Both the position numbers and the translations under genes were made by a program. DNA of 58,641 nt from a virus (taxonomy: Duplodnaviria; Caudoviricetes): IMG/VR virus record IMGVR_UViG_3300022906_000004, positions 1 to 58,641 of that record, one strand, 5' to 3'. Below are positions 34,362 through 44,460 of the stretch, in pieces. The notes below the pieces were generated by a model. The model made no database searches. It was not told where the DNA came from and saw only the letters and a list, made by a program, of their open reading frames with translations. Numbering within the stretch: position 1 is the first letter of the stretch; each line of letters starts with the position of its first letter.

Positions 34362-36940
34362 AGGGTCACCCACTGGTCGTCGACACCGGCCTGGACGGGA
34401 TTGCGGCGCACGCCCAGCGTGGAGGCGCCCGAGAGGACATCCCCGTAGGCGCGCTTGACGACCTGGTGCGTGAACTGCTGCAGGTCGGTCCCGGGCCGCA
34501 TGATGTTCGTCTGCTGGACCACGACCCCGCCGTTGCCCAGAGCGCGGGCGGCGTCGAGGTCGTCGGCCGTCGGGTTGGCCAGGGTGACACTCGGCGCGGT
34601 GACCGATGCCGCGTCCACGGCGGCCTGGGCCATCGCAGCGGCCGCCTCGGCAACCGAACTGGTGGAGCCCTCCAGGCCCTTGACCAGACCGGCGCCGACC
34701 ATCTCGCCGATGTACTCGAACACCTTCGAGGGTGACGCCATGCCCAGCAGGTCCATGACGATGTTCTTGGCGTCGTCAACCAGGCCACGGAAGAAGTTCA
34801 GGATGCGCTCGACCATCGCCTTAAGGCCATTCCACAGGCCCATAAGAATGTCCTTGCCGATGTCGTATAGCCACGATCCCGCGTTCTTGAAGAAGCCCAG
34901 GATTTTGCCGGGCAGGTCACGGAAGAACGCGAGTGCGTTACTGATTCCGTTTCCGATCCCGTCGATCATATTCTTCATGCCGTTTTTGATGGCGCTCACC
35001 AGGTTGGACATGGCGGTCTTAATGGCGCTCCAGATGTTGGAGCCGAATTCCTTCGTTTTCTGCCACATGCCGTCGAGTCCGCCGGAGAAGAATTCCCCGA
35101 TCCCGTTCCACGCTGCGGAGACCTGCTCGGTGATGGTCTCCCAAATCCCGGTGAAGAAGTCGGCTATCCCGGTAAATATTGTGCGGATGACGTCGTCAAT
35201 CCCGGTGACTACTGACGTGATCACGTCAAGCATGCCGGTGAAGATTGTCATCAGGAATTCGAGCACCGGAATGAATACGTCGAGCAGGAATCCGGCTATG
35301 TCGCTGATTATCGGGATCATGACGACCATCAATTCAGCCCATTGCTGAATGTATGGCAGAATGGCCTCGACAATCTCGATAAAGCGGGGCATCAAATCCG
35401 TCACCATCTGGATTAATGGCGGGATTATGGGTAGCAGCGCCTCGACCAGCTGCACGAACAGCGGCGCAAGTGGGATCATCGACGTGAACAGGTCGGCGAA
35501 CGCCTGGCCGATGTCCTGAATCATGGGGCCCAGCGTCGGCATGGCGCTATTGATGGCGTCCGACAGGGCGTCGAAGAACGGGCCCAGGGCGTCGAGCGCC
35601 GTGGCGAACGCGTCGGCCACGGCCTGGATGATCGGGCGCAGCGATTCGAGCAGCCTGCCGAACACCTGCAGCAGGGGCGCGAGAACGGGCCCCACGATCT
35701 CCGCGACGTCGGCCAGGATCGGCAACAGGACCGAACCCACGATGCTGATCAGCTCGAAGAAGGCGGGCCCCAGTGCCTCGACGACGCGCTGCATGGACTC
35801 GAAGAAGCCGCCGAAGGCCTCCTGTCCGTCGGTGCTCCCCGTGAAGTCCTCGAACCGCTGCGTCATCTCCTGGATGCGCTGCAGGAACCCCGCGCCCTCG
35901 GCGTTGGCCGCGCCGATGATGTTCCGGATGGCCCCGAAGACGTTGCTCGCGATCTCGCCCAGTGCCCGCATGGCGTCGATAGAGCGCTGGAAAAACGCCT
36001 CCAGCTCACCGCTGCGGGCGGCCTCGGAGATCCGCCGCGACAGCCCGGTGATCCAGTTGTTGAGCGACTCCGTCAGGCCGGGCAGGAACGTGGAGCCGGT
36101 GGTGATCAGGTCCAGGAGGACGCTCACGGCTGGGCGCAGGGCGCCAGCCAGGTTGCCGAACGCCATCTGCAGCTGCGCGGAGAAGACGCTGACCTTCTGC
36201 ACCTGCGCGCCCTGCAGCATGAAGTCCGCTGTCTCGCGGGCGGCCATCCCAGCCTGCCGCGCCACGCCTTGGAAGCCAGCCGTCACGATGGGCAGATAGG
36301 TGTCCGCCAGCGGGCGCACCACGGCCGCGAGGTCCCGGAATAGGGCCTCCTGGACCTGCAGGCGCATCTCGTCGAACGCAGGCTTGACGTCGCGCACAGC
36401 GCGGGCGAACTCGCGGGCCGCCGGAGAGAGGTTCTGCAGGGCCTCCTCGAACGCGGCGGCGTCTCCCGAGGCGATCGCGGACATGGCGTCACCCATGCCC
36501 TGTAGGCCCAGCTTGATAGCCGCCGTACTGGCCTTGAAGGCGGCGAACGCGGCGGGTAGCAGGCCCACCACTCCGGCGGCCTGCGCGGCGGCGCCGACCA
36601 GGGCGCCCAGCCCGAGAACCAGCTGGGTCACTCCGGCCAGCGCGCCGATCGCGGCCGTGCCGATCAACAACAGCTTGGCGCCCGATAGCGCGGCCGATGC
36701 CGCCCTGCTGGCGATGCCGCCCAGCCCGGACGCGATGGACGCGAAGCTGCCGCGCATTCGCTTGCTGTCCCGGTCGGCGTCGTCGGCCATCCCCCGCGTG
36801 GGGGAGTCGAGGTCAAACTGGGTGGCCTGGGCGTCGCGCATCGCCATCCGGATGACCTGGCGAATCTCCAGCGCCAGACCCTTGCCGTCGATGCGGAGCC
36901 TGACGCCAGCCTCGGCGATTATCCGCGCGATGCCTGCCAC
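34358..36940 (-). CDS. Tape measure protein
   Basis: 860 aa Ala/Gly/Ile-rich helical repeats; C-terminal LGMASPSKVF. Confidence 0.9.
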   Translation of the reverse strand: MAGIARIIAEAGVRLRIDGKGLALEIRQVIRMAMRDAQATQFDLDSPTRGMADDADRDSKRMRGSFASIASGLGGIASRAASAALSGAKLLLIGTAAIGALAGVTQLVLGLGALVGAAAQAAGVVGLLPAAFAAFKASTAAIKLGLQGMGDAMSAIASGDAAAFEEALQNLSPAAREFARAVRDVKPAFDEMRLQVQEALFRDLAAVVRPLADTYLPIVTAGFQGVARQAGMAARETADFMLQGAQVQKVSVFSAQLQMAFGNLAGALRPAVSVLLDLITTGSTFLPGLTESLNNWITGLSRRISEAARSGELEAFFQRSIDAMRALGEIASNVFGAIRNIIGAANAEGAGFLQRIQEMTQRFEDFTGSTDGQEAFGGFFESMQRVVEALGPAFFELISIVGSVLLPILADVAEIVGPVLAPLLQVFGRLLESLRPIIQAVADAFATALDALGPFFDALSDAINSAMPTLGPMIQDIGQAFADLFTSMIPLAPLFVQLVEALLPIIPPLIQMVTDLMPRFIEIVEAILPYIQQWAELMVVMIPIISDIAGFLLDVFIPVLEFLMTIFTGMLDVITSVVTGIDDVIRTIFTGIADFFTGIWETITEQVSAAWNGIGEFFSGGLDGMWQKTKEFGSNIWSAIKTAMSNLVSAIKNGMKNMIDGIGNGISNALAFFRDLPGKILGFFKNAGSWLYDIGKDILMGLWNGLKAMVERILNFFRGLVDDAKNIVMDLLGMASPSKVFEYIGEMVGAGLVKGLEGSTSSVAEAAAAMAQAAVDAASVTAPSVTLANPTADDLDAARALGNGGVVVQQTNIMRPGTDLQQFTHQVVKRAYGDVLSGASTLGVRRNPVQAGVDDQWVTL

Positions 36941-37293
36941 CTCCCTGGGTTCGCCTGGACCGGCATGCCGGGAATGGGCGGCCTGGCGGTGGACGGAATC
37001 TGTGGACGTCGCGGCTTACCGGCCCGCGTGGCGGGAGCCATGGCCGCATGTCCGCCAGCCTCGACTCCTGCCCCGCGTCCGAGCTTCCCCGCGAGTGCGG
37101 CATGCTCCGGGCGCCGTCCCCAGGTCTCCCGGGCCCCTTCCGGATCGATCATGGCCTCTTTGATCACGATCTGTCGGTTGAGATTCTCCAGCACCTGGTG
37201 GGGCGCATCGGCGTATGCCGCGTAGACGGCATCTAGCCACACGCTTGCGGGCACTGTCGCATCGATGTCCGCAAGAGCGAGGCGGCCGCGCAC
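36919..37293 (-). CDS. Tail assembly chaperone, second (probably frameshift-extended) ORF
   Basis: Between TAC and TMP; -1 frame open back across the end of 37338..37970; no strong RBS. Confidence 0.6.
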   Translation of the reverse strand: MRGRLALADIDATVPASVWLDAVYAAYADAPHQVLENLNRQIVIKEAMIDPEGARETWGRRPEHAALAGKLGRGAGVEAGGHAAMAPATRAGKPRRPQIPSTARPPIPGMPVQANPGRWQASRG

Positions 37294-37337
37294 ATACGGG
37301 CCTGCGATGGGGTCTTCGGTAATCCCGTGGAGCAGGA

Positions 37338-37970
37338 CTACCGTCGCGTAGGGCGGTCGGCTACCTGCGCAAGCAGCTTCTTGTAGACCATCTGCAGCTG
37401 TTCGAGGTCGAGCACGAGTTCCTCATCCTCGTCCATCAGGTAGGCGAACCGGCGCCGCGAGGAGCCACGCTCGAACTTCAGTAGCTCGTTGACCCCCGCG
37501 CCGTCGATCGGCTCCCCGTCCGGTCCGGTAAAGAGCAGGTCGGGGTCGTCAAGGTCGGCGTCGTCAAGGTCGGCGTCGCTGGTCTCTGTGGCGGCCACCG
37601 CGTCCACAATCCGCCGCAGTGGTGGCGTGGGCTCGTCGTCGAATGGGTCGAATGGGCGATCCTTGGGGGTCTCGTCGTCGGTCTCGTCGTCGGACCGGGG
37701 CGGGGCGTACCGGGTGGGCCGGTAGTTGGCGGGCGTGCCGTCGTCGTCGGCCAGCGCCTTGCGGATGCTCCGCACCATGCCTTCGATGGCGCGCTCCGGC
37801 TTGTGCGTGGCGGACAGCGTGTAGCTGAGCCCGCCAGCGTCCATCGACGGGTACGCCTTGAACTCGTGCGGCACGGGGTCGTTGCCCCGGTAGAACTCCA
37901 GGATGAACTCCCACGTCTTGCGTGGGCCGCTCTGGTACCGCTTCTTACTGCGAATGACTTCGAGTGCCAT
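37338..37970 (-). CDS. Tail assembly chaperone
   Basis: Position; GAAGGG RBS; ends in RPT motif. Confidence 0.7.
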   Translation of the reverse strand: MALEVIRSKKRYQSGPRKTWEFILEFYRGNDPVPHEFKAYPSMDAGGLSYTLSATHKPERAIEGMVRSIRKALADDDGTPANYRPTRYAPPRSDDETDDETPKDRPFDPFDDEPTPPLRRIVDAVAATETSDADLDDADLDDPDLLFTGPDGEPIDGAGVNELLKFERGSSRRRFAYLMDEDEELVLDLEQLQMVYKKLLAQVADRPTRR

Positions 37971-37986
37971 GCTGGTGGTCCCTTCG

Positions 37987-38433
37987 TTAAATACTTCCGC
38001 CGTCATACAAGCTTTTGGTGAGGAAGCCACTTCCGCGCGTTCCGGGGTGCATGACCGTGCGGCGGAACACGACACGGCCATTGACTACGAAGCGTAGTGC
38101 CTTGCGACGTCGCGCCCTGATCACGTGTGGCCGTGACCCCTGGTCGAGGATCACCGGCACCGTGCGCGGGCCGCCGTCGGCACGTCGCGCTCCCGCCTTG
38201 CCCGCGATCACGTCGGCGTGCGGGTACCGCCGGACGCTCCGACTGACCTCCTCCCGGATGGTGGTCAGGGTGAAGCCGCTTCTCACCTGCACGCGGAGCT
38301 TGGCCAGCCCACTGATCAGGAATGTCCGGTAGCGCAGGTCGCGCATGACGCCCTCGTGGGGGTCGTTCGCGAACCCCATCGGCTCCCCGGGGAGGAGCCT
38401 TATCTGGGTAGTTACCCAGCGGTACCCGGCCAC
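37987..38433 (-). CDS. Neck/tail-completion-like protein
   Basis: GSRPHVIRARRRKALRF..VMHPGT motif; position. Confidence 0.7.
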   Translation of the reverse strand: MAGYRWVTTQIRLLPGEPMGFANDPHEGVMRDLRYRTFLISGLAKLRVQVRSGFTLTTIREEVSRSVRRYPHADVIAGKAGARRADGGPRTVPVILDQGSRPHVIRARRRKALRFVVNGRVVFRRTVMHPGTRGSGFLTKSLYDGGSI

Positions 38434-38435
38434 GA

Positions 38436-38978
38436 CTACTCCAGTCCGGCGCAGGTCACGATGGCCACGCCGGTGAGCCCGACGTAGCCGCCGGACGCCT
38501 CGCCAGGCTCGATCACGCCCAGCTGCACCGAGCTGGCGCCGTCGTTCGGCAGGCTCTTGTACGTCCGGGACGCCCAGCGCACGAGCGCCTGGGAGAGCAT
38601 GCCCGCGTCCGTCATGAACCGCTCCCCGGCGGCCTGCAGCTCCTCGACGCTCGGGGGCGTGGACGTGCGGCCGGACGGCGTGGGGATGCAGCGCACCAGG
38701 GCGATGTTGAACACGGCGTGCCGCACGGTCATGATGCTGGCCGGAGTGCCCGCGCGGGGCGTGCTCGGCGGGGCGGCGTCCTGCGCCGGGCCGAAGCCGA
38801 CACCGGCCAGGGAGATCACCAGTTGCTCACAGTCCCACGGCGTGCTGGCCGGGTCGCCGAACGCGACGTAGCGACGGTCGGGCAGGGGCGCGGCAGTGCC
38901 GCCCCAATGCGACTCGACGGCATCCATGATGGCCAGCGCGAGGGAGCGTACGGCGATGCCCTGGCCGGGCAGGCTCAT
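38436..38978 (-). CDS. Tail terminator-like protein
   Basis: PWDCEQL, VRCIP, GGYVG; position. Confidence 0.65.
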   Translation of the reverse strand: MSLPGQGIAVRSLALAIMDAVESHWGGTAAPLPDRRYVAFGDPASTPWDCEQLVISLAGVGFGPAQDAAPPSTPRAGTPASIMTVRHAVFNIALVRCIPTPSGRTSTPPSVEELQAAGERFMTDAGMLSQALVRWASRTYKSLPNDGASSVQLGVIEPGEASGGYVGLTGVAIVTCAGLE

Positions 38979-39526
38979 GCGGTCCCGCCCGGGATGACGC
39001 CGTCCCGCTCCAGGGTGGCGATGATGTCGGTGCGGGTGAGCGTCGCCCACTGCGCAAGCTCGGTGCCGGTGGCCCGTGCGGCGAACGCGCGCCACGTGTC
39101 GGCGTCCGAGCCGGGACCGTTGCGGGGCGGGACGTCCGCGTCGGGCTGCTCGACGGACCCCACGAAGTGCCAGCCACTGGAGGTCTCGCCGTCGGGCTGC
39201 CCGCTGGGCTCCTCGGCGCTGTCCTCGGTGCGGTCGCCCTCGCGCCATTCGTAGAAGTGGCCGGTACCGTCCTCCAGGGTCGGGAGTCCGGCGTCCGGAC
39301 CTTCGGTGGCCAGCTGCTCCCGGAACTCGTCCACGAGGGTCTGGCGGCGCTCCAGCTCGTCCAGCTGCGGCACCTGGTTGGCGTCTTCCTCGTGGCCGGT
39401 GACGTGCAACTTGACCAGCTCCACGAACCGGTCCGCGTGCTTTCCGGCGAAGGTGCCCGCCTCGGCGCGCTTCAGGTTCTTGATGTGGAAGGGGTCATGC
39501 GCCGGGGCGAACGGGTCAGACTTCAC
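38975..39526 (-). CDS. Hypothetical acidic protein
   Basis: GAGGAG RBS; PPRNGPGS..WRAFA C-terminal motif. Confidence 0.7.
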   Translation of the reverse strand: MKSDPFAPAHDPFHIKNLKRAEAGTFAGKHADRFVELVKLHVTGHEEDANQVPQLDELERRQTLVDEFREQLATEGPDAGLPTLEDGTGHFYEWREGDRTEDSAEEPSGQPDGETSSGWHFVGSVEQPDADVPPRNGPGSDADTWRAFAARATGTELAQWATLTRTDIIATLERDGVIPGGTA

Positions 39527-40316
39527 GGATGGCTCCTCGTTTCATCAGGCGTGGTACGTCAGGCGACCATACCTCTGCCGTCTGTGGGCGTCGGTAGGGA
39601 TTGACCGCCTCCAGCCACATGTCCACGAGCGGCAGGCCGGTGCGGAAGTCGGGGCGGTCGGTGGACTGCAACTCCATGGTCAGGCCCTGCCGGGTCACTG
39701 ACACCGTGTTCGGGGGAAGGCGGCATTCGTCGCTACCTGACCGGTCCAGAAGGATCTCTATGCCCAGCTCGATGGCGGCGTCCCTGCCCCCTGCGGGAGG
39801 GGGGTCGCCGAACCGGTAGGTGACCTCGGTTTCGCCGGAGCAGACGTTCCACCCCTGGCCGTCGGTGCGGTTCAGCCAGCCGTTCGGGCCCATGTCCCAC
39901 GCCAGGAAGGTCTCGCCGCCGATTGTGACCTCGACGACGCTCGTGACGTTCGAGCGCGGCAGGCGCACCGATGTGGGGACGACGATGTGGCGGCCGGTCC
40001 ACGGCGTGGGGTAGGGGCGGCCGTCGACCCAGACGGCGTAGGTCCAGCACGAGCAGCGGCCCCACGATGGGCTGTAGGGCCAGATGCCGGTCCCGGGCTG
40101 CGGCGGGTAGGAGCGGAGGACCGCGTCCTCTTCGCAGCCGCCTCCGAGCCACTGGCGCCCGGAGAACGCCCACAGCAGTTCGCTGGCGCGCAGGAGGGCG
40201 GCGTCTATCTGCTCCACGGTGAACCCGCGCCCGGTGAGGTCGGCCAGCTGGGCGACGGTGAGGTCAGCCGACGTCGCCCAGGGCGAACACAGGACGTCGG
40301 AGGTGGGGCTGGTCAT
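39516..40316 (-). CDS. Head-to-tail adaptor
   Basis: ASELLWAFSGRQW, CRLP..SVTRQG, TGLPLVDMWLEAVNP..VWSPD. Confidence 0.8.
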   Translation of the reverse strand: MTSPTSDVLCSPWATSADLTVAQLADLTGRGFTVEQIDAALLRASELLWAFSGRQWLGGGCEEDAVLRSYPPQPGTGIWPYSPSWGRCSCWTYAVWVDGRPYPTPWTGRHIVVPTSVRLPRSNVTSVVEVTIGGETFLAWDMGPNGWLNRTDGQGWNVCSGETEVTYRFGDPPPAGGRDAAIELGIEILLDRSGSDECRLPPNTVSVTRQGLTMELQSTDRPDFRTGLPLVDMWLEAVNPYRRPQTAEVWSPDVPRLMKRGAIREV

Positions 40317-40399
40317 GGGCTCCTCCTGCAGGCGTGGGGGTGAGCGTCCGTGGGAGACGGACACTCACCCCCACATTTTCCCTGGGACCACCAGGGGAT

Positions 40400-41362
40400 C
40401 TATGCGGCCACCTCGACGAACCCGGGGGACAGGTCGGGGATGGTCGCCACGCGGGCGAACTGCCACACGCGGTCGGACTCATACGGCCAGTCCTCGGCGG
40501 GGCCGGAGCCCCAGTTCTGGTTCTGCTCGCTCCAGCCCTCGAAGCCTGGCAGCAGGGCGTTCTCCCCGTTGAGCGCCCAGGCGTCGGACGGGCGGACCTT
40601 GGCGCGGGGCAGCACCCAGTGCAGGTAGGGCAGGTTGGCGGCGTAGCTGCCGTCCTGAATCGCGGCAGTCCAGAACTCCAGGCCGACACCGTTCGGAACC
40701 GCTTCGCTGCCGACCTCGGGGGCCCGGTAGCCGACGTCCGTCAGGTTGTTGCCGGGCGTGCCGGTCGCCACGGTCACGTCCGGCGAGGTGCCGCCCGTCA
40801 GGCCCGCGCCGCTGGCCGTCATCTGCGGCACGTTGCCCACCGCCAGCGCGAACGTCACCGTGTATGGGCCGCCCGCGCTGCCTGACACGGTGACGTCGCC
40901 GTCTTCGATGCTCGCCAGCGACTCCAGCGCGGCCTTGACAGTCGCGAAAGCCGCATCGAAGGCGATGGGCTCGGTGGTGTCGCCGTCGAACGTCAGGGTG
41001 AACGTGCCGCCGGTCGGCGTGCCGGTGATGGTCACCGTCTGCACCTCGGCGGTGGCTTCGCCGGTGCTGATGACGTCGCCACCGATCGCGAACTCTAGGA
41101 CGTTTGGGTCCGGGGTACACACCTGAAAGTCGGAGATCGTTCCCCGCTTCAACGTGTCGGGCGCCCGGTAGGTCAGGCACACCCGCCCCGAACCGGACTT
41201 CTGGATGATCTCCGTGCCCTCTTCGTACTCCAGGCCGATGGACACCGCGACCAGGGCGTCCGATACGTAGCACGTGTCGGTGCCCACGATCGGGACGCCC
41301 AGGACGTCGATCTTGGTCATGCGCATGCCGAGAGCGAAGAGGCTCCCAGAGCCGTCATACAT
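40400..41362 (-). CDS. Major tail protein with inserted EVQ-type (Ig-like) domain
   Basis: SGRVCL..DTLKR, LEFWT..YLHWVLP, NQNWGSGP motifs. Confidence 0.8.
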   Translation of the reverse strand: MYDGSGSLFALGMRMTKIDVLGVPIVGTDTCYVSDALVAVSIGLEYEEGTEIIQKSGSGRVCLTYRAPDTLKRGTISDFQVCTPDPNVLEFAIGGDVISTGEATAEVQTVTITGTPTGGTFTLTFDGDTTEPIAFDAAFATVKAALESLASIEDGDVTVSGSAGGPYTVTFALAVGNVPQMTASGAGLTGGTSPDVTVATGTPGNNLTDVGYRAPEVGSEAVPNGVGLEFWTAAIQDGSYAANLPYLHWVLPRAKVRPSDAWALNGENALLPGFEGWSEQNQNWGSGPAEDWPYESDRVWQFARVATIPDLSPGFVEVAA

Positions 41363-41376
41363 GGCTTACCTCCTAC

Positions 41377-42525
41377 TCACGGCGTGGGCGCCGGGTCGGT
41401 GATCTGAATGGCGAAGAGGCTGCACGGGTCGAAGTAGGCCGCGAACAGCCTGTCAGCCACGTGGATGATCTCGTTGGCCTGGTGGTCCACCAGCGTCTCC
41501 GTGACAATCTCGTCCAGCCGCACGACGACCGGGCTGGTGGCGTACATCCACAGGCCCTCTTCGACGGACGGGGCGACCCCTGGAGTGGTGGTGGCGACGC
41601 CGACCGCCGGGGCGGTGCCGCCGGTGAGGCCCGCGCCGCTGGCCGTCATCTGGGCCACGTTGCCCATGTCGGCCGGGAACGTCACCGTATACGGGCCGCC
41701 CGCGCTGCCTGACACGGTGACGCCGTCGAGGTTCGATAGCGCGTTGAGAGCGTCCTGGACCGCCAGCGCGGACCCGTTGAAGGGGATGGCGGCCGTGGCC
41801 TCTGCCGAGTAGGTCGCCGTCCACGTCCCGCCGGTGGGGCCGCCGGTGATGGTGATCGTCTGGACTTCGGAGGTGCCGGGCACGTCGGGGCCACGGCCTG
41901 AATATCCGGCGTCCGCGACCACCCGGGCGCCGGTCACGGTGCGCAGCAGAGGCCCTTCGGCGACCAGGCCGCCGTTCGTCGCGATGACCTCCGCAAGCCG
42001 GATCGGCATGTGGGTGAACACGTTCAGTCCGAGTGCGGCCTGCCGTGCCGTCTGCTCCAGCATGCCCAGCCCCGCGTTGGGGTCCCACACTCCCGGGATC
42101 ACCTCGGCGTCCGGGGAGGCCAGGTAGGCGTTGACCTGGCCTGTCGCCAACGGCGTGTCGTAGGGGTTGAGCAGGGTCTGCGTGCCCAGCTCCAGTTCCC
42201 GGGCGACAAAGAACGACGTCGCGCCTTCCGCCTGCCGACGCACGCGCGCCTGCGACTGCGGGCCGCGCCCGGACCGGGTGGAGCAGTGGTCCTCGACGCG
42301 GAAGGCGGTCGGCCGGTAGAACGCCAGGCCGTCCTCGCCGTCACCGGCTGGCGGGTCTTCGAACTCGGAGCCACATGGGTCGAACGTGCGCCCCTGCGGG
42401 CAACGTTCTGGGCGCCAGGAGACGCCCTGGTGCCAGCGCTCACCGTCGTTGGGGGTGATCGCTGCGGCAACGAGGGTGCCCGGAACTGGTCGGTCGGCCG
42501 TGATCGGCTCAATGGGAGCGAACAT
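41377..42525 (-). CDS. Capsid pentamer-like protein with inserted EVQ-type domain
   Basis: RWHQGVSW, LRTVTGARVVADAGY, WMYAT, ADRLFAAYFDPC; follows the major capsid gene. Confidence 0.7.
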   Translation of the reverse strand: MFAPIEPITADRPVPGTLVAAAITPNDGERWHQGVSWRPERCPQGRTFDPCGSEFEDPPAGDGEDGLAFYRPTAFRVEDHCSTRSGRGPQSQARVRRQAEGATSFFVARELELGTQTLLNPYDTPLATGQVNAYLASPDAEVIPGVWDPNAGLGMLEQTARQAALGLNVFTHMPIRLAEVIATNGGLVAEGPLLRTVTGARVVADAGYSGRGPDVPGTSEVQTITITGGPTGGTWTATYSAEATAAIPFNGSALAVQDALNALSNLDGVTVSGSAGGPYTVTFPADMGNVAQMTASGAGLTGGTAPAVGVATTTPGVAPSVEEGLWMYATSPVVVRLDEIVTETLVDHQANEIIHVADRLFAAYFDPCSLFAIQITDPAPTP

Positions 42526-42556
42526 GCGTCAACTCCTCCTCTCCAGGAAGGTGGAG

Positions 42557-42595
42557 AACCGGCCCGCCTCCGTAAGTGGCGAAGGCGGGCCGGTT
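42557..42595. terminator. Stem-loop between capsid and pentamer genes
   Basis: AACCGGCCCGCCT..AGGCGGGCCGGTT. Confidence 0.6.
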
Positions 42596-42600
42596 GCCGG

Positions 42601-44460
42601 TCACGGGGTGCTGTCGGCCGTCGCGGCGGACTCGCCGGTCGGCTGGACCTGCAGCACCAGGTGAATGGACTCGACGCCTCGGAACGCGGTCGTCTCGAAG
42701 GACTCCGAGAACGTCTGGAAACGGTTCTGCCCGTTGAGCGTGGAGTCACGGACCACGCCCAGGTCCAGCGTCCCGCCGTCGAGGTAGAGCCAGTCGCCCT
42801 CGCGGAACAGCACCGTGGACACCGGCGTCGGGAACCCGGGCACCGGGCTGTTCGTGGCCAGCAGCGTGTAGAACTGGGCCGGGGTCACGATGTCCGTGCC
42901 GAGGTCCACGTCCGGCGGGTTGATCCCGTCGAGGTGAAAAGTCACGTTGACGTTGCGGACGGCGAACCAGCGCGCCATCTCCTCGTCGGCGACCGCGAGC
43001 GACACGAGGCCGTCGCCGACCATCTGCATCGCGATGTCCGCGCGGAGCATGTCGCGGAACCACAGCGGGCAGATCCACCGCAGGGGCGCGTTGTCGTTGA
43101 GACGGTGCACGTTGCGGTAGTAGGCGATCATCCTGTCAAGGGTCGGCAGGGTGTCGCGGACCGCGCCCAGCACCTTCGTGCTGTACACGTTCTTGGACGC
43201 GGTGGTCAGCTGGGTGAGCAGCCGGTTCTCCGCGAACCGCGCGTGCGCGATGCGCTGCGCCGCGATGGTCGAGTCCATCCACTCCGGGTCGAACCGGGTG
43301 CTCATGTTCGAGAACGTGAGGCACTGGTAGATGGCGTCCACCTCGGCGGACAGCACGCCGGGGCAGTCGATTTCGACGCACGTCTTGGGCACGAGCGGGT
43401 CGGCCTCGTCGTCGGTCGGGGTCCACACGCCGATGCCACCGGTCTGGGTGACGCCGCGCAGGGCCGGGCGCCACTGGATGCCGCCACGCTCGGCGCCGAA
43501 CCGGGTCAGCGCGTCGCGGACCGGGCGGTCCTCGTCGCCGACGGTTTCGATGTCGTAGAGAGTCTCCAGCGGGGCGCACAGGCCAGCGGCCGTGAGGGCG
43601 TCGCCGTCGGGGCCCACCGCCACCTGGACTTCGGTGGACTGGTTTGCCAGGGCGTGCGTGCGCTGCGCCTTGCGAACCACCTTGTCCACGGTCGCCATGT
43701 TGGTGAACGCGGAGACGCCCCGGCGCAGCATGCGCTCCTCGGGGTACTCGGTGCGGATCGTGGCCACGGCGTAGCGCTCGTAGCCGCGCACGTTCAGGCC
43801 GGAGACGGCCTGGCCCTTCTGGGAGAACGCGTTGATCAGCTGTTCGCGGCTCAGCTGCTGGCCCGGCTCGACGCCCGGCACGCCACCAACTGCGGTGGTG
43901 CGCATGGTGGCGCGCGGCAGGCCGGTCGCCACGGCGCCAGCAGGTGTCTTGTTGACGCCACCCAGAGGGCGGCGCGCGGAGGCGGTCACGGCGCCCTCCC
44001 CGGTGTCGGTGGTGTCGCCGTCGCCCTCGGGCGCGGCAGGCTTGTCGCCGTCCCCTGCACTGGCCTGGCCAGCGGGGTCCACGGTCGCGGGGTCGGTGGG
44101 GTCGGGGGCGCCTTCACCGGCGGCGGGCGCGGGCGACGCTGGCGCGGTGGCCGGTGCTCCCGCCTCGGGGGCCGCCGGGGCTTCGGGGGCCGCCGGGGCG
44201 GTGAGGTCGTCCATCTCGGCGAACTGGGCCGACTGCTTGTCGGCCAGCTGGGAGCGGCTGACGGTCTCCGCCTTCAGCTGCTTGGCTGCCGCCAGCAGGA
44301 CGCCGAAGCGCTCGACACTCTCCTGGGTGGCGGGCTTGCCCGCGTACTCGGCCTGCAGCGCCTCGCCCTCGGCACGGATCGCGGCCAGTGCGGCGCCAAT
44401 CTCGTCCGTGGTGGCTTCCTCCAGGCGGCCCAGAATGTCCGCGTTGAACTTCGCGGTCAT
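42601..44460 (-). CDS. Major capsid (hexamer) protein with N-terminal scaffold-like region
   Basis: LTAAGLCAPLETLYDI, RGGI, LDGGTLDLGVVRDSTLN.NRFQTFSESFE; ATG after GAGAGG. Confidence 0.9.
   Translation of the reverse strand: MTAKFNADILGRLEEATTDEIGAALAAIRAEGEALQAEYAGKPATQESVERFGVLLAAAKQLKAETVSRSQLADKQSAQFAEMDDLTAPAAPEAPAAPEAGAPATAPASPAPAAGEGAPDPTDPATVDPAGQASAGDGDKPAAPEGDGDTTDTGEGAVTASARRPLGGVNKTPAGAVATGLPRATMRTTAVGGVPGVEPGQQLSREQLINAFSQKGQAVSGLNVRGYERYAVATIRTEYPEERMLRRGVSAFTNMATVDKVVRKAQRTHALANQSTEVQVAVGPDGDALTAAGLCAPLETLYDIETVGDEDRPVRDALTRFGAERGGIQWRPALRGVTQTGGIGVWTPTDDEADPLVPKTCVEIDCPGVLSAEVDAIYQCLTFSNMSTRFDPEWMDSTIAAQRIAHARFAENRLLTQLTTASKNVYSTKVLGAVRDTLPTLDRMIAYYRNVHRLNDNAPLRWICPLWFRDMLRADIAMQMVGDGLVSLAVADEEMARWFAVRNVNVTFHLDGINPPDVDLGTDIVTPAQFYTLLATNSPVPGFPTPVSTVLFREGDWLYLDGGTLDLGVVRDSTLNGQNRFQTFSESFETTAFRGVESIHLVLQVQPTGESAATADSTP

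Noticed and set aside
40751-41868. Diversity-generating retroelement template/variable repeat pair
   Set aside because: No reverse transcriptase, both copies are coding, and differences are not adenine-specific
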